Of a DNA stretch of 59,035 nucleotides, positions 53,113-59,035 are shown piece after piece (within the stretch, counting starts at the first letter, position 1; each line of letters starts with the position of its first letter). The notes under the pieces are model-generated. The model was not told the DNA's origin. It worked only from the letters and a program-made list of their open reading frames with translations, and ran no database searches. This DNA is from Candidatus Saccharimonadales bacterium (lineage in GTDB: Bacteria; Patescibacteriota; Saccharimonadia; Saccharimonadales; UBA4665), in contig JBOHNS010000003.1 in the NCBI GenBank assembly GCA_050730835.1, positions 1-59,035 of the forward strand, given 5' to 3'. Both the position numbers and the translations under genes were made by a program.

Positions 53113-55260
53113 TTAAGCTCCTGATTTGTCGCCGTTTGATTCTTGATCCACCGCTCGCATGCTTAATTGCAGGCGTCCGCGGTCGTCGATGGCGACTAAT
53201 TTTACGTCTACAAGATCGCCTTCTTTTACTACGTCGCTTGGGCGTTCGACCCGCTCGTTTTTCATAGCGCTAACGTGAACTAATCCATCTTTGCCTGGCA
53301 ATATTTGCACGAAGGCGCCAAAATCAAGGACGCTAACTACTGGCACGCCGCGGTAAATCCTGCCGACTTCTGGATCTTCGGTGATGTTTTGAATGTACTG
53401 TTTGGCGGCGTCGATTGAAGTTTTGTCTGGGCTAGCGATCATTACTGTGCCATCGTCTTTGATGTCGATCTCGGCGCCGGTTTCGGCGATAATTTTATTA
53501 ATCGTCTCGCCGCCCTTGCCGATAACTTCGCGGATTTTGTCAGGATTGATATGAATCGCTTCGACTTGCGGCGCGAACGGGCTAATTTCCTTGCGAGCTT
53601 CGGCCAGAGTTTGCAACATGCTGTCTAGGATATAAGCGCGGCCATCCTTGCCTTGCATTAGCGCCTGCTTCAAAATTTCTGGAGGCAGACCGTGGACTTT
53701 CATATCCATCTGCAAAGCGGTAATGCCTTTGCTCGTGCCTGTTACTTTGAAATCCATATCACCCGCGAAATCTTCCGCGTCAGCGATATCGCTCAAAATC
53801 ACAATCTTATCGCCTTCTTTCATTAAGCCCATAGCGATGCCGCTAACTGGGGCTTTTAATGGCACGCCGGCATCCATTAATGCTAGACAACTAGAGCAAG
53901 TCGCCGCCATAGATGTCGAGCCGTGCTGGCTCATGATTTCTGTGACGCTACGAATAGTGTATGGAAATTCTTCTACGCTAGGCAAAACTGGGATAAGCGC
54001 ACGCTCGGCCAAGTAGCCGTGACCGATTTCGCGGCGGCCTGGCGAACCAAGTCGTTTAATATCGCCTGTGGTATAACCTGGCGCGTTGTAGTGATGGATG
54101 TAGCGGCGCTCGCCTTCGCGCTCCATGGTATCGACTAGCTGCGCGTAAGAAGTCGAAGCTAGCGTAACGATGTTCAACCCTTGCGTCATACCGCGAGTAA
54201 ACAGTGCCGAGCCGTGAGTTCTAGGCAAAATTCCGACTTCGCTAGACAGGTCGCGGATGTCGGTTGATTTGCGGTTATCGGGCCGCAAGCCGTCTTCTAA
54301 TATACCTTTTCGTACGTCTTTATTCGCGGCGCTAGCGAAAGCGTCGTGATAATCATTGCGAACTTTAGCAAATTCTTCTTCGCCAAGTTCTTCCTCAAAA
54401 TGCGCTATTAAATCTTGCAGCAAAACGTGCATTTTCTCGTGGCGCTCCGGGTAAGTGCCGCGCAACTCTGCGCCCATTTTGCCCTCTAGCCATTTATTAA
54501 CTTGGGTTTGAATGTCTTCACTAGGCAAGCTAAGTTCGTATTCTTGCTTGGTTACGCCAACTTTTTTGACTAGCTCGTTTTGTAGTTCAACCGCTGGCTG
54601 AATAGCCTGATGCGCGTATTGCAAAGCCTCGGCCACTTCGTCTTCAGAAACTTCGTTAGCGCCAGCTTCAACCATCATAATCGCTTCTTTGGTGCCGGCT
54701 ACAACTAAATCTAGCTTACCTTCGTCGAGTTCCTGCGGCGAGGCGAAAGCTTTGAACTTGCCATCAACCATTCCTACGCGCACACCAGCCACCGGTCCGT
54801 CAAACGGCGCGCCGGATAGCATAAACGCTGTGCTCATGGCGATCATCGCAACCATGTCTGGGCGGAAGCTTGGATCCATAGAAAGCATTGTAGCGACACC
54901 CTGCACTTCGTGCCGGTAGCCTTTCGGCCACAACGGGCGAATTGGCCGGTCAATCAAGCGGCCGATTAAAACGGCGTCGTCGCTAGGACGGCCTTCGCGC
55001 TTAATAAACCTGGAGCCGCTGATTTTGCCAGACGCGTACATTTTTTCTTCATAATCAATACTTAGCGGAAAATAATCCATGCTAACCGGCTTTTCGCTAG
55101 CCATCGCCGTGCCTAGCACAACCGTATCGCCGTAGCGCACAATCACGCTAGCGTCGCTACGAAAGCCAACGCGGCCAACTTCTAGCGATAACGTCCGACC
55201 GCAAAACTCAGTCTCGACTTTTATAATTTCTTTACCAAACGGGTTAATTGTCTGCCCCAT
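53113..55260 (-). CDS. pnp: Polynucleotide phosphorylase
   Basis: Two RNase PH domains, then KH (IGKGGETINKI) and S1 (GRIYRGVPVVSVLDFGAFVQILPGKDGLVHVS). Confidence 0.95.
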   Translation of the reverse strand: MGQTINPFGKEIIKVETEFCGRTLSLEVGRVGFRSDASVIVRYGDTVVLGTAMASEKPVSMDYFPLSIDYEEKMYASGKISGSRFIKREGRPSDDAVLIGRLIDRPIRPLWPKGYRHEVQGVATMLSMDPSFRPDMVAMIAMSTAFMLSGAPFDGPVAGVRVGMVDGKFKAFASPQELDEGKLDLVVAGTKEAIMMVEAGANEVSEDEVAEALQYAHQAIQPAVELQNELVKKVGVTKQEYELSLPSEDIQTQVNKWLEGKMGAELRGTYPERHEKMHVLLQDLIAHFEEELGEEEFAKVRNDYHDAFASAANKDVRKGILEDGLRPDNRKSTDIRDLSSEVGILPRTHGSALFTRGMTQGLNIVTLASTSYAQLVDTMEREGERRYIHHYNAPGYTTGDIKRLGSPGRREIGHGYLAERALIPVLPSVEEFPYTIRSVTEIMSQHGSTSMAATCSSCLALMDAGVPLKAPVSGIAMGLMKEGDKIVILSDIADAEDFAGDMDFKVTGTSKGITALQMDMKVHGLPPEILKQALMQGKDGRAYILDSMLQTLAEARKEISPFAPQVEAIHINPDKIREVIGKGGETINKIIAETGAEIDIKDDGTVMIASPDKTSIDAAKQYIQNITEDPEVGRIYRGVPVVSVLDFGAFVQILPGKDGLVHVSAMKNERVERPSDVVKEGDLVDVKLVAIDDRGRLQLSMRAVDQESNGDKSGA

Positions 55261-55453
55261 TTTTCTCCTTTTCAGTAGGTAACAAGGTTCAAGCCACCGC
55301 TTTTAAATAAAAGCAGAAACCTGTGCTTTATCACCCACGATTAATTAATTATTCCCTAGAATTTCAAGGTTCTAGATTGTTATTTCTAGCTATGACTAGC
55401 TAAACCTAATGTCCAAAATCCAAACCCTAGGAGAATTTATAAATGATCTAAAA

Positions 55454-55720
55454 CTAGCGGCGAATGCCGAGCTTTTTGATTAGAGCGAGGTAAGCCTGGC
55501 TATCTTTATCGGCAATATATTTAAGCAAGCGGCGGCGTTTACCAACCAGCTGCAATAGCCCACGGCGCGCCATAAAATCGTGCTTGTTAGCCTTCAAATG
55601 CTCTGTAAGTTCCTTAATCCGCTCGGTCATAATTCCAACCTGAACTGCGCTAGAACCAGTATCTTTTTTATCAGCCTGTAAATCTTTTACAATAGCCTGT
55701 TTCTTCTCACCTGTAATCAT
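55454..55720 (-). CDS. rpsO: 30S ribosomal protein S15
   Basis: GSSAVQVGIMTERIKELTEHLKANKHDFMARRGLLQLVGKRRRLLKY. Standard rpsO-pnp gene order. Confidence 0.9.
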   Translation of the reverse strand: MITGEKKQAIVKDLQADKKDTGSSAVQVGIMTERIKELTEHLKANKHDFMARRGLLQLVGKRRRLLKYIADKDSQAYLALIKKLGIRR

Positions 55721-55866
55721 GTAGGAACTACTTTAACAGAGACTACCCTCAATTGCAACCCAAAAAGTTTGTACACCAAAATCTTCAAATCTCAAGCCCA
55801 AAAACAACTACTAATTAAAATTCACATTTTTCTTACCCGTTTTAGGACGATCCTAAAGACTAAGGG

Positions 55867-56772
55867 TCAAGAATCCTTCGTCGCAACAATGACTTCGTTG
55901 TATTCGCCCATGATTCCTTTATTTTTGTCATACTGCGCAATAATCCTGGCATTCAAACCAGAGCTTTTTTTAATAAAACCAACGATATCATAACCCCAAT
56001 GCATCGTTACTGGAGAGCCATTTACATCAACTGGATTAAGGTGCCGTTCTGGTTCATGTAAAAAGATTGGGGCGCCGTCTTTACTTTTCTTTGCCCAAAT
56101 CTCAGTTCTCATGTGTTTGTTAATCATAGGTACCGTGAAGATGTAGGCACCACCAGTTTTGAGCGTGCGAGCTACTTCTTGGAATACTTTTTTAGGATTA
56201 TATATGTGCTCTATAACGTCCAGGGTGACAACCAGGTCAAAACTTTTGTCTTTGAAAGTTTGTTTTTCAAGGTCTTCGTTGCGAAAACCATCGACGATGG
56301 CACCGAACTTATGGTTAGGAAAATACTGTGTTGGCTTGTAGTGCTTGGCCTTATTTTTTAATCTCGGGCTAGCGCCTCGGCTTGAGGGTGAACTTTCATG
56401 AATTTTCATATCCTTCCAGTTTGGATAATATTCTTCGAGCACTGTCATCAAAGCCCGCTCCCTGGGTATAGATTGACAGCTTGTGCACAAGTAGTTATCT
56501 CTCAACCAGCTATCGCGCGCCGTGAAAACCACGCTTCTATCGCAACACGCACAATAGCCCTTGTGTGAAAAATAGTAGTCACCACCGATAATACTTTCGA
56601 CATCCGTCTCCTTAGGCTGTGAAACCCTAGAGTCTTGCGTGACTTGTGAAATGACTTTTCTGGCAAATCGATATGTAGTTTTAGCTAGTGGTAACCTTGC
56701 GGCTAATCTATGAACTTGAACGTGGAACTCTGTCACAAAAACTATGCCCTCATGATTAATGCGATCTTTCAA
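55867..56772 (-). CDS. Class I SAM-dependent methyltransferase with an N-terminal Cys4 zinc ribbon
   Basis: CACCDRS...CTSCQS, then FDLVVTLDVIEHIYNPKKVFQEVARTLKTGGAYIFTVP. Confidence 0.6.
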   Translation of the reverse strand: MKDRINHEGIVFVTEFHVQVHRLAARLPLAKTTYRFARKVISQVTQDSRVSQPKETDVESIIGGDYYFSHKGYCACCDRSVVFTARDSWLRDNYLCTSCQSIPRERALMTVLEEYYPNWKDMKIHESSPSSRGASPRLKNKAKHYKPTQYFPNHKFGAIVDGFRNEDLEKQTFKDKSFDLVVTLDVIEHIYNPKKVFQEVARTLKTGGAYIFTVPMINKHMRTEIWAKKSKDGAPIFLHEPERHLNPVDVNGSPVTMHWGYDIVGFIKKSSGLNARIIAQYDKNKGIMGEYNEVIVATKDS

Positions 56773-56908
56773 TCATCATAACACACCTACACAGACCCGG
56801 GCGATACGAAAGGAAAACTAAGAAAACTAAGGGGCTGGGATTTTAAGGGATTTTAAGGGGCTGTCCCGTAACAGATGGCCAAATTACAAATATTGATTTT
56901 GGGGATAG

Positions 56909-57169
56909 TTATTTATACAACTGGCTGTGCGTGCCTACAGCCACAAAAAGCGCGACATCATTATCTAAAATTTTGAAATGCGCCCGCCAATCGCCCCCGA
57001 AAGAAATTGAGTTGTGGTCTTGCCACTGGCCGGTTAATGGATGGTTGTACAGACTGGGATGATATGGTTCGGATTGAAATAAGTCAATCGCTGTCCTAAG
57101 GCGCTTTATCTGCGTAGGTTGCAATTTTATAACTTGTTTCTGGAACGACTTATGGTAGCGCAACTTCAT
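56909..57169 (-). CDS. YafQ/RelE-family toxin, paralog 1
   Basis: HPLTGQWQDHNSISFGGDWRAHFKILDNDVALFVAVGTHSQLYK. Confidence 0.7.
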   Translation of the reverse strand: MKLRYHKSFQKQVIKLQPTQIKRLRTAIDLFQSEPYHPSLYNHPLTGQWQDHNSISFGGDWRAHFKILDNDVALFVAVGTHSQLYK

Positions 57170-57171
57170 TT

Positions 57172-57453
57172 TTAAGTAGATTTTTCGAGGTGCTCAAACA
57201 TTTCGTCGGCAGAATCAAAAGCCGGGGATATATTTTTGCCGGCCGCGTAATCGGCTTCGGCTTCGTGTATAAGTTTTTTAAGATAAGGCGTTGGCTCTAA
57301 GCCTGTACCCACGACAATCCGCCGGTCGCGCAGCGCTTGGCGGACAACGACGTTCACGAAAGTCGTTACCGGCATGCCCAGCTGGGCCGCAAAAGCCTTT
57401 ATCTCTTGCTTGGTTTTGTCGTCCGTTTTAAAACTCAATAATGTTTTACTCAT
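57172..57453 (-). CDS. DinJ/RelB-type antitoxin, paralog 1
   Basis: MSKTLLSFKTDDKTKQEIKAFAAQLGMPVTTFVNVVVRQAL. Confidence 0.65.
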   Translation of the reverse strand: MSKTLLSFKTDDKTKQEIKAFAAQLGMPVTTFVNVVVRQALRDRRIVVGTGLEPTPYLKKLIHEAEADYAAGKNISPAFDSADEMFEHLEKST

Positions 57454-57515
57454 AGTTGTGTATTGTATGCTTATAGCACATACAAGTCAATACCGACTAA
57501 CCTATTCACTTTAAG

Positions 57516-57815
57516 CTAATTAAAGCTTTTTAGAATTTGCTCTGCGTTTAAATTTTGTAAATTCAACGCTTTTTTAGTCTCGAACTTGCCGACCTTTGTG
57601 CGGTTTAGGCCGGACATATAGGCGCCGGTTTTTAGGTTTTTGCCTAGATCTTCTACTAGGCTGCGGATGTAGGTGCCGCTGGAAACTTCGGTGGTGAACT
57701 CAACTAATGGGTAGTTATAATTTTTTAGTTCGATTTTGTGGATGGTTATTTGTATAGCTGGCTCAAGCGTGCCCACGGCTACGAAAAGTACGACATCGTC
57801 ACGTCGACTATCCAA
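57516..57815 (-). pseudogene. truB: 3' fragment of tRNA pseudouridine-55 synthase (truB) fused in frame to a remnant of a YafQ-type toxin 3' end
   Basis: Residues ...EFTTEVSSGTYIRSLVEDLGKNLKTGAYMSGLNRTKVGKF match the TruB C-terminal region. The first about 20 codons (DDVVLFVAVGTLEPAIQ; 57744..57805) are a frameshifted copy of the toxin end DVALFVAVGTHSQLYK. No TruB N-terminal catalytic domain lies upstream in the window. Confidence 0.6.
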
Positions 57816-57848
57816 GGATGATTACGACTAAAATACGCCTAATCGCAT

Positions 57849-58076
57849 CTACTTTTTCTGCAAAAAATCGTGGGGCGTGATGTCGATGTCTTTGCAAATT
57901 TGCCGGAGCAGAATTGGCGACAGGTCGCGGCCGCTGTGCATTGGCACAGTTGTCGCGCGACCATCGGCATGGCGGAATTGCTGATGCGAGCCTTTTTGTC
58001 GCGCCATAAAAAATCCGCGCGCTTCTAGCAGCTTGACCACTTGTTTGGGCTTAAGAACGGGTAGCTCGCCGCCCAT
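57849..58076 (-). CDS. hicA: HicA toxin
   Basis: LKPKQVVKLLEARGFFMARQKGSHQQFRH. Confidence 0.85.
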   Translation of the reverse strand: MGGELPVLKPKQVVKLLEARGFFMARQKGSHQQFRHADGRATTVPMHSGRDLSPILLRQICKDIDITPHDFLQKK

Positions 58077-58080
58077 TAAG

Positions 58081-58305
58081 CTAAACCACCACTAATTGCG
58101 TGCCGACAAATGTCGCTTCCGGCCGACGGCGGGACGAGCCGGTTTCATCCAGCACTAGCTGCACCACCTCTTGCAAATTGGCTTGCAACTCTTCCAATGT
58201 CTTGGCCTGCGTGTGGGCGCCAGCCAAATCCGGCACATAAGCGACGTAATAACCTGTGGCTGTATCTTTTTCGATAACGGCCGTGAATTGACGAGTTGCT
58301 TTCAT
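58081..58305 (-). CDS. hicB: HicB antitoxin
   Basis: FTAVIEKDTATGYYVAYVPDLAGAHTQAKTLEELQANLQEVV. ATG at 58305; longest ORF reaches 58344. Confidence 0.75.
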   Translation of the reverse strand: MKATRQFTAVIEKDTATGYYVAYVPDLAGAHTQAKTLEELQANLQEVVQLVLDETGSSRRRPEATFVGTQLVVV

Positions 58306-58432
58306 AATATATATTTTAACACAATATTGCGCCTGAAGCGCCACAAGGCAAAAAGCGGCTCTAGAGTTCTAAGAATCTGCCCCGTAACAGATAGCAAAAT
58401 TACCAATATTCAAATATTGGTTTTGTGAGTGG

Positions 58433-58693
58433 TTATTTGTATAGCTGACTGTGTGTGCCGACTGCTACGAACAAAGCGACATCATTATCTATAATTTTGT
58501 AATGCGCGCGCCAATCGCCACCGAAAGATATTGAATTGTGGCCTTGCCACTGGCCGGTTAATGGATGATTGTACAGGCTGGGATGGTTTGGCTTGGCTTG
58601 GAATAAAAGCAGGGTCGCCTTTAGGCGTTCCTTTTGTGCCGGTTTTAGCTTTGCGGCTTGTTTGTGCCATGATTTGTGAAAGTCTATGACCAT
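58433..58693 (-). CDS. YafQ/RelE-family toxin, paralog 2
   Basis: HPLTGQWQGHNSISFGGDWRAHYKIIDNDVALFVAVGTHSQLYK. The C-terminal half is nearly identical to paralog 1. Confidence 0.7.
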   Translation of the reverse strand: MVIDFHKSWHKQAAKLKPAQKERLKATLLLFQAKPNHPSLYNHPLTGQWQGHNSISFGGDWRAHYKIIDNDVALFVAVGTHSQLYK

Positions 58694-58712
58694 AAAGGAT
58701 AAAGGTAATTTG

Positions 58713-58988
58713 CTAAAAGGTGTCTAGATAGGCTTCTAGTTCAGCTTTGTTATTAACCCGGGTTATATTTTTGCCGGCCGCGTAGTCAGCTTCAGCTTCC
58801 CGAATCAGTTTCTTTAGATACGGCGTCGGCTCTAAGTCGGTGCCAATAACAATCCGCCGGTCGCGCAACGCTTGGCGGACAACGACGTTCACGAAAGTTG
58901 TTACCGGCATGCCCAGCTCGGCCGCAAAAGCCTTTATCTCTTGCTTGGTTTTGTCGTCCGTTTTAAAACTCAATAATGTTTTACTCAT
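58713..58988 (-). CDS. DinJ/RelB-type antitoxin, paralog 2
   Basis: The N-terminal 55 aa are nearly identical to paralog 1; the C-terminus differs. The upstream flank 58989..59035 is identical to 57454..57503. Confidence 0.65.
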   Translation of the reverse strand: MSKTLLSFKTDDKTKQEIKAFAAELGMPVTTFVNVVVRQALRDRRIVIGTDLEPTPYLKKLIREAEADYAAGKNITRVNNKAELEAYLDTF

Positions 58989-59035
58989 AGTTGTGTATTG
59001 TATGCTTATAGCACATACAAGTCAATACCGACTAA

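Overview
59-kb chromosomal window, compact and coded almost entirely on the minus strand, with GC in the high 40s by eye. A secretin-less type IV pilus locus, tRNAs with encoded CCA, many small toxin-antitoxin pairs and a free four-helix-bundle gene fit a small-genome CPR/Patescibacteria bacterium, possibly Saccharibacteria-like; that placement is inference only. Left to right: (1) a tRNA cluster in which a complete tRNA-Gly(CCC) gene sits inside the anticodon loop of a second, otherwise perfect tRNA-Trp(CCA)-like gene; (2) mscL and a hydrolase; (3) a 5.2-kb integrative element (large serine recombinase, TerS-like HTH protein, G5-domain protein) inserted in the 3' end of tRNA-Asp and bounded by a 25-bp direct repeat; (4) PPIase, ndk, xerC-like recombinase; (5) a type IV pilus locus, pilM-N-O-(small)-B-T-C-A-D plus four minor pilins, whose internal spacers are filled with heptamer repeats; (6) an accessory stretch at 23.9-34.1 kb holding MazEF x2, YafQ/RelE-type, VapBC x2 and a decayed PIN gene, a 1126-aa PA14-like secreted protein, and a visibly GC-rich single-gene cassette (cell-wall-binding-repeat protein) flanked by imperfect inverted repeats; (7) a histidine kinase / methyltransferase / hydrolase operon with a divergent receiver-only regulator; (8) housekeeping genes ychF, a frameshifted Crp/Fnr gene, tlyA, efp, rpsF-ssb-rpsR, ftsK, rnj, udg, pnp, rpsO; (9) a right-end mosaic of two paralogous DinJ-YafQ-type cassettes, HicAB and a truB 3' fragment fused to a toxin remnant. 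At least two families of about 70-120-bp intergenic hairpin elements recur across the window, along with widespread 7-nt-period microsatellites at gene boundaries. No rRNA genes or CRISPR arrays were seen.
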